From contig CAZVLU010000009.1 of assembly GCA_964628235.1 (NCBI GenBank), positions 17,473 to 81,472 of the forward strand: 64,000 nt of DNA, read 5' to 3'. Below the pieces are notes generated by a model. It worked only from the letters and a program-made list of their open reading frames with translations, was not told where the DNA came from and ran no database searches. Positions 48,109 through 57,130 of this stretch are shown here, piece by piece. Within the stretch, counting starts at the first letter, position 1; the number at the start of each line of letters is the position of its first letter. The DNA comes from an uncultured Rhizobium sp. (lineage in GTDB: Bacteria; Pseudomonadota; Alphaproteobacteria; SMXQ01). Position numbers and translations under genes: made by a program.

Positions 48109-48954
48109 ATGGCGATCGCGCAGCCCGATACTCTTCTGCAAGCGCCGCCGAGCCGCGCGCCGCGCTGGCTGATCGGCGCCGGCATCGTGTTGACCGCGCT
48201 GTTCATCGTCGGGCCCTTGCTGATGATCTTCGACCAAGCCCTCGCCAAGGGCCTCGCGGTCTTTCGCCAGAACCTGTTCCACCCCGAGACGCTGCATGCC
48301 GTCTATCTGACCGTGCTCACCGCGCTGGTCGTCGTGCCGCTCAACATCCTGTTCGGCGTCGCCGCCGCCTGGGCCATCACCAAGTTCGAATTCCCCGGCA
48401 AGAAGCTGCTGCTGACCGCCATCGATATTCCCTTCTCGGTATCGCCGATCGTCGCCGGCGTCTGCTACCTGCTGCTCTACGGCTCGAACGGCCTGTTCGG
48501 CCCCTGGCTCGAAGCGGCCGACGTGCGCATCATGTTCAGCGTGCCGGCGATCATGCTGGTGACTCTGTTCGTCACCAGCCCCTTCGTGGCGCGCGAACTG
48601 ATTCCGCTGATGCAGGTGCAGGGCCGCGACCAGGAAGAGGTCGCCGCCACCTTGGGCGCCAGCGGCTGGCAGATTTTCCGCCGCGTCACCCTGCCCAACA
48701 TCAAATGGGCGCTGCTCTACGGCGCGGTGCTGTGCAACGCGCGCGCCATGGGCGAGTTCGGCGCCGTGTCGGTCGTCTCCGGCAACATCCGCGGCGAGAC
48801 CAACACCTTGCCGCTGCAAGTGCAGTTGCTCTATCACGACTACAACGCGACCGGCGCCTTCGCCGCCGCGACGATCCTCACGCTGCTCGCCTTCGTGACG
48901 CTGATCCTCAAGGCCTGGCTCGAACGCCACACGCGGGGACAGGGCGGGCATTGA
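48109..48954 (+). CDS. cysW: Sulfate ABC transporter permease CysW
   Basis: CysW-type permease (EEVAATLGASGWQIFRRVTLP). Confidence 0.85.
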   Translation: MAIAQPDTLLQAPPSRAPRWLIGAGIVLTALFIVGPLLMIFDQALAKGLAVFRQNLFHPETLHAVYLTVLTALVVVPLNILFGVAAAWAITKFEFPGKKLLLTAIDIPFSVSPIVAGVCYLLLYGSNGLFGPWLEAADVRIMFSVPAIMLVTLFVTSPFVARELIPLMQVQGRDQEEVAATLGASGWQIFRRVTLPNIKWALLYGAVLCNARAMGEFGAVSVVSGNIRGETNTLPLQVQLLYHDYNATGAFAAATILTLLAFVTLILKAWLERHTRGQGGH

Positions 48955-49021
48955 GGTTGCAAATAGCTGAAACGATTCTTCTTTTTTAAGGCCTTGATTT
49001 TCTTAAATAAACAACTACATT

Positions 49022-49780
49022 TTGAGTAAGCTATATGGGATAGATTTTATCCGCATGCCTTACTTAAAAGCTCCGATCACTGAGGCCGTATTGGATATCC
49101 GCGTGTCGCCACGCGCCGATATAACAGTCGAAGAGCTTGGCCAATTATCTAAGATATTTGGGTCGCGCTATCCCTCGTCTGAGGACGTTCTGCATTTCAC
49201 TGGAACGTACGAAATAGGCTCATCGAAAACTGAACCTGTTACCTCAGAAAAAATAGGCTTCATTTTTAAAAATGCCGAGCAAAGCAAAGTTTTTCAGGCC
49301 CAAAAACTAGGCTTCAGCTTTAACAAATTAGCTCCCTATGAAAGTTGGGAACTTTTTAGTGCCGAAGCTAAAGAGCTTTGGAAGCAATATAAGGCTATCG
49401 CAAAACCTCTAAATATTACCCGTGTAGGCCTGCGATATATCAACAAGCTCAATCTTCCCGTTGGCTTGAAGGACTTTGGAAAATACCTGAAGCAAGCTCC
49501 AGAATTGGCCCCGGGATTGCCTCAGGGGCTATCTAATTTTTTTACTCAATTTCAAATTCCATATGCAGATGTAGAAGCCATGTTGATCATAAACATGACT
49601 ATGGCCCCGCCCCCCGATAAAGAAACGGCATCGGTTATCTTGGATTTAGACGTGTTTCGCGCGCACTCAGTGCCGCAAGGCGATGCTGACTTATGGGCAT
49701 ATTTTGAAAAGCTACGCGCAAAGAAGAATGAGGCTTTTGAAGCCTGCATCACAGACGCCACAAGGGAGCTATTTAAATAA
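49022..49780 (+). CDS. Hypothetical protein, gene 1 of low-GC three-gene cassette (possibly TIGR04255-like; unverified)
   Basis: AT-rich codon usage, 252 aa from TTG 49022 (ATG at 49055 gives MPYLKAPITEAVLDIRV...). Contains RVGLRYINKLNLP. No motif I can assign with confidence. Confidence 0.55.
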   Translation: MSKLYGIDFIRMPYLKAPITEAVLDIRVSPRADITVEELGQLSKIFGSRYPSSEDVLHFTGTYEIGSSKTEPVTSEKIGFIFKNAEQSKVFQAQKLGFSFNKLAPYESWELFSAEAKELWKQYKAIAKPLNITRVGLRYINKLNLPVGLKDFGKYLKQAPELAPGLPQGLSNFFTQFQIPYADVEAMLIINMTMAPPPDKETASVILDLDVFRAHSVPQGDADLWAYFEKLRAKKNEAFEACITDATRELFK

Positions 49781-50115
49781 TGGCAACTGCCTTCTTCGCT
49801 GAACCTTTTACTGCGGATAGTGCTGTCGAGCAAAAGGAGCCGCTCTACATGTCGTTTTCACGAATGCACGAACTGCCTCGCATTCAGCACAAATATTTCA
49901 CCAAGCCTGAGACTGCGTTTGGCGCTGAATCTATGCATGTCAGTATCGTGGCACATGATGCCTTCCGCCGTATTATTCAACTAATTGGACCTTACAACTC
50001 TGTTATATCTCATGACCCATATGAGTATTTCAGTGTTGAATTGCCAACTCGCGAAGCTCGTGCTCGCGTAAATAATATTGGGCGAATTGTCCCTATGCAT
50101 CTAACTGATGATTAA
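49780..50115 (+). CDS. Hypothetical protein, gene 2 of low-GC cassette
   Basis: 111 aa. Start overlaps gene-1 stop (TAATG). No recognisable domain. Confidence 0.45.
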   Translation: MATAFFAEPFTADSAVEQKEPLYMSFSRMHELPRIQHKYFTKPETAFGAESMHVSIVAHDAFRRIIQLIGPYNSVISHDPYEYFSVELPTREARARVNNIGRIVPMHLTDD

Positions 50116-50117
50116 GC

Positions 50118-50639
50118 ATGCCGGCTTGGTGGCAACAGATCGATGGCCCCACTCTTAATCAGGGGGATCTGTTGAGAGGAATTTCTATTCCCATTATCAA
50201 ATCTAATTTTCCGGAAGCTGACGAAAACGGCAATGTACCGTTTGATATTGCGACCACGGACGTTCTCGTCCTTACCCAAAGCTGTGATTTGGTGAATGGT
50301 AAATCTGCAAATGTTCTAGTTGCTGTTGTCCACTCACTAATTGAGTTTGAGAAAACCAACCCGGCTTACGAAAAGGACAAAAGCAAGTGGGGGATGGTTT
50401 CAAAAGGCCGTGTCGAAGGATTGCACTTGTTGCAATCGCCTGAAGCGATGCCAGATGGGCGCAATTATTTACTGGCTGATTTTCGACATATCGTCAGTTT
50501 GCCTTATCAATACACTTCGCAATTTGCAGAAACTGCTGGTCAGAGATGGCGATTAACCTCGCCTTATCTAGAAGCTATGTCTCAAGCCTTTGGGAATCTC
50601 TTTATGCGAGTCGCGATCCCTAATCCAATACGTTTGTGA
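50118..50639 (+). CDS. Hypothetical protein, gene 3 of low-GC cassette
   Basis: 173 aa. ATG 2 nt after gene-2 stop. No recognisable domain. Followed by hairpin CGGGATAAcaaaatTTATCCCG at ~50713-50735. Confidence 0.5.
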   Translation: MPAWWQQIDGPTLNQGDLLRGISIPIIKSNFPEADENGNVPFDIATTDVLVLTQSCDLVNGKSANVLVAVVHSLIEFEKTNPAYEKDKSKWGMVSKGRVEGLHLLQSPEAMPDGRNYLLADFRHIVSLPYQYTSQFAETAGQRWRLTSPYLEAMSQAFGNLFMRVAIPNPIRL

Positions 50640-50924
50640 TTACTCCTGATCGTCTGTGGATAAACCTGTGGGCAATCCCCATATCTGTCCCTCGGATATT
50701 CGCGGTGGAAAGCCGGGATAACAAAATTTATCCCGAGAATTTCTCAGGTTTTTCAGTGGGTTATTGACTACCCATCCTCTGTGAAACATATCGCGAACAT
50801 TGTTTTGCGCGCGGCCCCGCCGTACACTCGTTTTTGCCCCAGTAAGGCAATTCCCCAGCGTTGCGCGTTTGGCCGCCATGACCTTCGAGTCTCGGCGGCG
50901 TTTTTATCGTCGGAGAAGCGGTCC

Positions 50925-53300
50925 ATGGCCTCGGTTGCAGCGATTTCCCAACAGATCTGGGACATGAAATACCGCCTCAAGGACGCCCAGGGCGTGCCTG
51001 TGGATAAATCCATCGAGGACACTTGGCGGCGCATCGCCGACGCCCTGGCCGAGGTCGAAGCCGACAAGGCCGCCTGGTCCGACAAGTTCTACGGCGCGCT
51101 GGAAGACTTCGCCTTCCTGCCGGCCGGCCGCATCATCGCCGGCGCCGGCACGGGCCGCAGCGTCACCCTGTTCAACTGCTTCGTCATGGGCACCGTGCCC
51201 GACGCCATGGGCGGCATCTTCGCGCATCTGCGCGAAGCGGCGCTGACCATGCAGCAGGGCGGCGGCATCGGTTACGACTTCTCGACGCTGCGCCCCAAGG
51301 GCGCGCCGGTGAAGGGCGTCGGGGCCGACGCCTCCGGCCCGCTCAGCTTCATGGACGTGTGGGACGCCATGTGCCGCACCATCATGTCGGCCGGCAGCCG
51401 CCGCGGCGCCATGATGGCGACCATGCGCTGCGACCACCCCGACATCGAAGCCTTCATCGAGGCCAAGCGCGAGCCGGGCCGGCTGCGCATGTTCAACCTC
51501 TCGGTCCTCGTCACCGACCCCTTCATGGACGCGGTGAAACACAATCTGCCGTGGGATTTGACGTTCGACGGCACGGTCTATCGCACGATCGAAGCCCGCG
51601 CGTTGTGGGACAAAATCATGCACGCGACCTATTCCTATGCGGAACCCGGCGTGATCTTCATCGACCGCATCAACCGCCGCAACAACCTCAGCTATTGCGA
51701 GAGCATCAGCGCCACCAACCCCTGCGGCGAGCAACCCCTGCCGCCCTATGGCGCATGCCTGCTCGGCTCGATCAACCTCGCCCGCCTGGTGCGCGAGCCG
51801 TTCGAGGAAAACGCCCATCTCGACATGGATCGCCTGCGCGAGCTGGTGCCGCTCGCCGTGCGCATGATGGACAATGTGGTCGACGTCTCGCGCTTCCCGC
51901 TCGAAGAGCAGACGCGCGAAGCCCAGGCCAAGCGCCGCATCGGCCTCGGCGTCACCGGCCTGGCCGACGCGCTGATCATGTGCCGCGCCCGCTACGGCTC
52001 GACCGAAGCCCTGCGCCTGACGGCGGAATGGATGAGCGCCATCGAGCGCACCGCTTATTTGGCGTCCACCGAGCTCGCGCGCGAAAAAGGCGCCTTCCCG
52101 CTGTTCGACAAAGACGCTTACTTGGCCGGCGAGACGATTCGCGGGCTCGATGCCGACGTGCAGGCCGCCATCGCCAAGCACGGCATCCGCAACGCGCTGC
52201 TCACCTCGATCGCGCCGACCGGCACCATCTCGCTGCTCGCCGACAATGTCTCGTCGGGGTTGGAGCCGGTGTTCAGCTTCACCTACACGCGCCGTATCCT
52301 GCTGCCCGACGGCACCCGCCAGGAGGAAGAAGTCAGCGATTACGCCTTCCGCCTGTTCAAGCGCCTGAAGGGCGACAACCTGCCGCTGCCCGACTACTTC
52401 GTCGACGCCCAGGTGCTGGCGCCCGCCGACCATGTCGCCATGCAGGCCGTGGTGCAGAAATACGTCGACAGCTCGATCTCCAAGACCATCAACATGCCGG
52501 TCGACATCGACTTCGAGGATTTCAAGAGCGTCTATATGCAAGCCTACGAGCAGGGCTGCAAAGGCTGCACGACCTACCGCCCGAACGACATCACCGGCTC
52601 GGTGCTGGAAGTGAAGCCGCAGAAGGACAAGGAAGAAGGCCAGCAGGAGCTGCCGCTGGAAAAGCAGCCGGCGCGCTTCGCCGATCCGTTCGAGGCCGGC
52701 GGCGTCGTTTACATGACGCAGCCGCTCGACCGCCCGGGCGAGCTTGCGGGGCGCACCTACAAGCTGCGCTGGCCCGAGAGCGAGCACGCCATGTACATCA
52801 CGATCAACGACATCGTGCAGGACGGCCGCACCCGCCCCTTCGAGATCTTCGTGAATTCGAAGAACATGGAGCATTTCGCCTGGACCGTCGGCCTGACGCG
52901 CATGATCTCGGCGGTGTTCCGCCGCGGCGGCGATGTCTCGTTCGTGGTCGAGGAATTGAAAGCCGTGTTCGATCCGCGCGGCGGCCAATGGATGGAAGGC
53001 CGCTATGTGCCCTCGCTCCTCGCCGCCATCGGCGACGTCATCGAGCAGCATATGATCGAGATCGGCTTCATGCCCAACTCGAAGGAAAAGCGCGAAGGCC
53101 ATTTGGAGCGCCAGGTGGTCAACCTCGCCGAGGCGCGCGGCCACGAGGATCATGGGCATGACCACAAGGGCCACGATCACGCCCCTAAAGCCAGCCCCGA
53201 CTCGCGCTACCGCCAATGCCCGAAATGCGGCCAAGCCAGCCTGATCAAACAAGAAGGCTGCGATAGCTGCCAGAGCTGCGCTTATTCGAAGTGCGGGTGA
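50925..53300 (+). CDS. nrdJ: Class II (adenosylcobalamin-dependent) ribonucleotide reductase NrdJ, with C-terminal His-rich / Cys-cluster tail
   Basis: RNR 10-strand barrel motifs (NPCGEQPLPPYGACLLGSINL; thiyl-radical Cys loop). ~791 aa from ATG 50925, SD GGAGAAG upstream. C-terminus HEDHGHDHKGHDH...CPKCG...CDSCQSCAYSKCG. Confidence 0.9.
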   Translation: MASVAAISQQIWDMKYRLKDAQGVPVDKSIEDTWRRIADALAEVEADKAAWSDKFYGALEDFAFLPAGRIIAGAGTGRSVTLFNCFVMGTVPDAMGGIFAHLREAALTMQQGGGIGYDFSTLRPKGAPVKGVGADASGPLSFMDVWDAMCRTIMSAGSRRGAMMATMRCDHPDIEAFIEAKREPGRLRMFNLSVLVTDPFMDAVKHNLPWDLTFDGTVYRTIEARALWDKIMHATYSYAEPGVIFIDRINRRNNLSYCESISATNPCGEQPLPPYGACLLGSINLARLVREPFEENAHLDMDRLRELVPLAVRMMDNVVDVSRFPLEEQTREAQAKRRIGLGVTGLADALIMCRARYGSTEALRLTAEWMSAIERTAYLASTELAREKGAFPLFDKDAYLAGETIRGLDADVQAAIAKHGIRNALLTSIAPTGTISLLADNVSSGLEPVFSFTYTRRILLPDGTRQEEEVSDYAFRLFKRLKGDNLPLPDYFVDAQVLAPADHVAMQAVVQKYVDSSISKTINMPVDIDFEDFKSVYMQAYEQGCKGCTTYRPNDITGSVLEVKPQKDKEEGQQELPLEKQPARFADPFEAGGVVYMTQPLDRPGELAGRTYKLRWPESEHAMYITINDIVQDGRTRPFEIFVNSKNMEHFAWTVGLTRMISAVFRRGGDVSFVVEELKAVFDPRGGQWMEGRYVPSLLAAIGDVIEQHMIEIGFMPNSKEKREGHLERQVVNLAEARGHEDHGHDHKGHDHAPKASPDSRYRQCPKCGQASLIKQEGCDSCQSCAYSKCG

Positions 53301-53362
53301 GTCCTCGCCTAGCTCGCGCTGATCGCTGAAGGCGGCCCTAACCCGCTAACGCACGGCGCTCA

Positions 53363-53463
53363 CCTCATCCTCAATCGTCATGCCCGCACTTGGTGCGGGT
53401 ATCCACGCCTTTTGCGGATACATCGCAAGGCATGGATGCCCGGGCCAAGCCCGGGCATGACGG
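53363..53463. repeat. REP-like double-hairpin palindromic element, copy 2
   Basis: caatcgtCATGCCCGCACttgGTGCGGGtatccacgcc...ggcatggatGCCCGGGCcaaGCCCGGGCatgacg. Lies between convergent nrdJ and chaC-like genes. Confidence 0.8.
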
Positions 53464-53472
53464 GTCTTGATG

Positions 53473-54024
53473 TCAGACGCCAGTCGGCCAGCGCGCCGCG
53501 TCCACCTCGGCCTTGAGCTTCTGCAGATAGGGATCGTGAATCCCCAGCTCGTTGAGGTGAGCCAGCGTGCTGTCGAGATAATCGCGGTTGCTGCCGCTGT
53601 TGCCGCAGGCGCCTTGGATCAGGCGGGCGGCGTCCGCCGTTTCCAATTTTCCGACATATTGCGCGTGGGCCCGGTCGGTGATGTAGGCCCAGGCTGTTGC
53701 CATGCGGCCGTGCGTCGGCTCGCCGATCTGGATGGTGACTTCGCGCCGCTGATAGACGCCGGTGACGAGTTCGCGCTCGTCGACCGTCTTCAGCACCGCC
53801 TCGACATCGGCATGGCCGACATGGAAGGCGACGCCGTGACAGGAGCCGCCGCGATCTAGGCCCAAGACGAGGCCGGGCTTGTCCGGCGTGCCGCGATAGC
53901 GCACCGAGCGGACGCAGAAGGCGCGGTGCCAGCCGCGCAAATAGGCCGGCTCGGATTCGATATGCGGAAAGCCGGGATTCCACATCAACGAGCCGTAAGC
54001 AAAAATCCACATATCCGACGACAT
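53473..54024 (-). CDS. Gamma-glutamylcyclotransferase (ChaC-like) family protein
   Basis: MWIFAYGSLMWNPGF is the ChaC/GGCT N-terminal motif. Trimmed from 285-aa ORF to ATG 54024 (alternative 54012). Confidence 0.72.
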   Translation of the reverse strand: MSSDMWIFAYGSLMWNPGFPHIESEPAYLRGWHRAFCVRSVRYRGTPDKPGLVLGLDRGGSCHGVAFHVGHADVEAVLKTVDERELVTGVYQRREVTIQIGEPTHGRMATAWAYITDRAHAQYVGKLETADAARLIQGACGNSGSNRDYLDSTLAHLNELGIHDPYLQKLKAEVDAARWPTGV

Positions 54025-54210
54025 GGCGCGCGATACACCAGATGAGGTGGGCGGTCCGGACCCGCTCCGGGCGCCGATAATCCGCAAAGGCCGCTGCGGC
54101 GGCTTCGACTCCGCCGGGCTTTCGGCTAGTATAACGGTCGCTGGTCCCGCCCGCATCTGTCGACCCATATCCGTCGCCCCGCACTCGTCGCAAAGTTTCG
54201 CCCCGCGTTC

Positions 54211-55260
54211 ATGACGAATATCACCCGCCGTTTGATGATCGCCACGCTGCTGGTCTTCCTGCTGGCGGGCCTCGGCCTGTCCGCCTTTTGGGTGTTCGGC
54301 GCCGACAAGCTGCGCGCCAACGTCGGCCAATGGGCGGCGGCCTGGCGCGCCGACGGCAATCTCGTCGCCTACAAGCCCTTCGCCGTCACCGGCTTCCCGC
54401 TCTATTTCCGCGCCCGACTCGAGGACTTCGCCATCGCCGGCGGCGGCGCCTCATCGCCCTGGCGCTGGCAAGCGCCGGCGATCCGCTTGCGCGCGTCCCC
54501 CTTCGCGCCGACCCGCGCGCGCGCCGATTTCGCCGGCGAGCATAAGGTCGTCGCCGAACTGTTCGGCGTCTCCGTCGCCTTCTCCGCCGCCAGCAAGGCC
54601 GGCATCGCCCGCGTGCAGCGGCGCGGCGAGCAATATATGGGCGGCTTGGAATTGCGCGATTCGTCGCTCGTCATTGAGGGCGTGAGCGGCATTTTCACGC
54701 TCAAAGAGGCGTTGATCGACGCCTTCCATACGCGCCGCGCCGCCGGCCTGAGCGTGCCGAGCGCCGGCCTGACCGTGGCGCTCGACGACCTCACGCTGCC
54801 GTCCGGCCTGCTGCCCGGCACGCTGGGAACCCGCATCGACGCTCTGGCGCTCGAAGCCGAGGTAATGGGCGCCATCGGCCCCGAGGTCAACACGGCCACC
54901 GTGGCCGCCTGGCGCGACGCCGGCGGCACCGTCGAGGTCGAGGAATTCACCCTGCGCTGGGGCCCGTTGCGCGTCAAAGCCGCCGGCACAGTGGCGCTCG
55001 ACGGCAGCCTGCAGCCGCTCGCCGCCTTCACCGCGACCATGAGCGGCTTTGCCGAGACAATCGATTTGCTGGTCGCGCAAGGCGCGCTCGACGCCAATGA
55101 TGCCGCGGCAGCCAAGACGTTGCTGTCGCTGCTGGCGAAAACGCCGCTGACGGGCGGCGCGCCGGAAATCGCCGTGCCGCTGACGATCCAGAATCAGCGG
55201 CTTTCGGTCGGCCCGGTGCCGCTCTTCACGCTGCGGCCCATCGTTTGGCCGGCGACATGA
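54211..55260 (+). CDS. DUF2125-like periplasmic/membrane-anchored protein
   Basis: N-terminal TM/signal MTNITRRLMIATLLVFLLAGLGLSAFWVFG. 349 aa, Ala/Gly-rich. Family assignment tentative. Confidence 0.55.
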   Translation: MTNITRRLMIATLLVFLLAGLGLSAFWVFGADKLRANVGQWAAAWRADGNLVAYKPFAVTGFPLYFRARLEDFAIAGGGASSPWRWQAPAIRLRASPFAPTRARADFAGEHKVVAELFGVSVAFSAASKAGIARVQRRGEQYMGGLELRDSSLVIEGVSGIFTLKEALIDAFHTRRAAGLSVPSAGLTVALDDLTLPSGLLPGTLGTRIDALALEAEVMGAIGPEVNTATVAAWRDAGGTVEVEEFTLRWGPLRVKAAGTVALDGSLQPLAAFTATMSGFAETIDLLVAQGALDANDAAAAKTLLSLLAKTPLTGGAPEIAVPLTIQNQRLSVGPVPLFTLRPIVWPAT

Positions 55261-55997
55261 CGGCGTCGGATCGACCGGGAATCGCCATGACCACGCCGAG
55301 CGACAATCTGCCGCCCAACGCAGACCCGAACGCGGCTCCGCATGAAGCGGTCAGCGAGCATCCCAAGCGCGAGTCCCATATCAAGACCTCCGAGGTGCTG
55401 CGCCGGCTCGCCGAGGACGTCAAAGGCCAAGAGAGTATCACCGTCGGTTGGCTGGTCGGCCGGCTCGGCACCCGCGCCTTCGGCGCGATTATCCTGCTGA
55501 TGGCGCTGCCCAACATCACGCCGCAGATTCCCGGCATGTCGACCATCTTCGGGCTGCTCATCATGCTGCCGGCGGTGCAGATCATGATCGGCCTCAGCCA
55601 GATGTGGCTGCCCGGCTTCCTCGGCAACCGCCATATGCCGGGCCCGACCGTCGTGAAAATTCTCGCCTTCGCGATTCCCTGGGTCGAGCGCATGGAAAAG
55701 CTGATCAAGCCGCGCTTTGAATTCCTCATGAGCCCGCCGTTTGAAAACATCGTCGGCGGCGCTGTGCTGTGGCTCGGCTTCATCCTGTTCCTGCCGATTC
55801 CCGGCGCCAACTTCCTGCCGGCCCTGGCCTGCGCCTTCATGGCGCTCGGCATGCTGGAGCGCGACGGCCTGTTCATCATGGCCGGCCTCGGCATCGCCGT
55901 GGCCTCGATGGTCGTGCTGGTGCTGATCGTCGGCGGCCTGTGGCATGTGCTCGACCAGAATTGGCAAATAGTGGTCGATTTCGTGACGCGCTGGTAG
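55257..55997 (+). CDS. exoD: Exopolysaccharide synthesis ExoD-family membrane protein
   Basis: ExoD-like topology and motifs (GWLVGRLGTRAFGAIILLMALPN...). ATGA overlap with upstream gene at 55257. Confidence 0.68.
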   Translation: MTASDRPGIAMTTPSDNLPPNADPNAAPHEAVSEHPKRESHIKTSEVLRRLAEDVKGQESITVGWLVGRLGTRAFGAIILLMALPNITPQIPGMSTIFGLLIMLPAVQIMIGLSQMWLPGFLGNRHMPGPTVVKILAFAIPWVERMEKLIKPRFEFLMSPPFENIVGGAVLWLGFILFLPIPGANFLPALACAFMALGMLERDGLFIMAGLGIAVASMVVLVLIVGGLWHVLDQNWQIVVDFVTRW

Positions 55998-56041
55998 GGC
56001 GTACCAGCCCTTAGGACTTGATCTGAGGCGCACAGCACTAG

Positions 56042-56143
56042 CCCCATCCTCAATCGTCATGCCCGAACTTGGTGCGGGTATCCACGCCTTTTTGTGGATA
56101 CATCGTCAGGCGTGGATGCCCGGGCCAAGCCCGGGCATGACGA
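56042..56143. repeat. REP-like double-hairpin palindromic element, copy 3
   Basis: Near-identical to copy 2 (caatcgtCATGCCCGaACttgGTGCGGGtatccacgcc...ggcgtggatGCCCGGGCcaaGCCCGGGCatgacg). Lies between convergent exoD and tyrC. Confidence 0.8.
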
Positions 56144-56190
56144 CAAATGGAGAAATCGCGGATGTTGTATTTGCTTAGGCGCTCAGCGCC

Positions 56191-57129
56191 CTAAGCTTGG
56201 CCGGCCTTGACGATGCTGCGGCGGATGGCGCGGGTCTTGGCGAATTTCTTTTCCAGCTTGTCGCCCTGGTTCCAGCGGATCGCTCGCTGCATCGCCGACA
56301 AATCCTCGTTCAAGCGGCCGAGCATCTCGAGCACGGCCTCCTTGTTGTTGAGGAAGATGTCGCGCCACATCACCGGATCGGAGGCGGCGATGCGGGTGAA
56401 ATCGCGAAAGCCGCTGGCGGCATATTTGATGACTTCGCCGCGCAGATGCTTTTCCAGCTCGGTCGCCGTGCCGACGATGGTGAAGGCGATCAGATGCGGC
56501 AGATGCGAGGTGATCGCCAGCACGCGGTCATGATGCGCCGCGTCCATGACATCGACGTTCGAGCCGATGCCTTCCCAGAAGGCCCGCAGCTTGGCGGTCG
56601 CCTTCGGATCGCCGCCCTTGAGCGGCGTGAGAATCGTCCAGCGGCCCTGGAACAGTTCGGCGAAGCCCGACGTCGGGCCGGAGTTTTCCGTGCCGGCGAG
56701 CGGATGGCCGGGGACGAAATGCACGCCCTTGGGCAGGAACGGCGCCATGTCGTTGACCACCGTCTGCTTGACCGAGCCGACATCGGTGACGATGGCGCCG
56801 GGCGCCAGATGCGGCCCGATGGCTTGCGCGATCGCCTTGCAAGCGCCGACCGGTACGCAGACGATCACGAGATCGGCGCCCTTCACGGCCTTGGCCGGAT
56901 CGCTGACCGCCGCGTCGATGAAGCCGAGCTTCTTGGCGGTATTGCGCGTGGCCGCCGTGCGCGCCGTGCCGACGATCTCGCCGACCAGGCCGTGCTTCTT
57001 CGCCGCCCAGGCGATCGACGAGCCGATATGGCCGAGGCCGATCAGCGCCATCTTGTGAAACAGCGGGGCGCGCTTCGCAGCTTTCTTGACGGCCTTTTTC
57101 TTGGCCGGCAATTTCTTGGTCACAGCCAT
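56191..57129 (-). CDS. tyrC: Prephenate/arogenate (cyclohexadienyl) dehydrogenase
   Basis: Rossmann IGLGHIGSSIA, TyrA-family core (HPLAGTENSG). Lys/Ala-rich N-terminal tail. Alternative start ATG 57051. Confidence 0.82.
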   Translation of the reverse strand: MAVTKKLPAKKKAVKKAAKRAPLFHKMALIGLGHIGSSIAWAAKKHGLVGEIVGTARTAATRNTAKKLGFIDAAVSDPAKAVKGADLVIVCVPVGACKAIAQAIGPHLAPGAIVTDVGSVKQTVVNDMAPFLPKGVHFVPGHPLAGTENSGPTSGFAELFQGRWTILTPLKGGDPKATAKLRAFWEGIGSNVDVMDAAHHDRVLAITSHLPHLIAFTIVGTATELEKHLRGEVIKYAASGFRDFTRIAASDPVMWRDIFLNNKEAVLEMLGRLNEDLSAMQRAIRWNQGDKLEKKFAKTRAIRRSIVKAGQA

Positions 57130-57130
57130 C

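Noticed and set aside
47206-48951. 581-aa minus-strand ORF
   Set aside because: Antisense to cysT/cysW.
50904-53252. 782-aa (-) and 712-aa (+) ORFs
   Set aside because: Overlap nrdJ in other frames. nrdJ frame has strong RNR homology.
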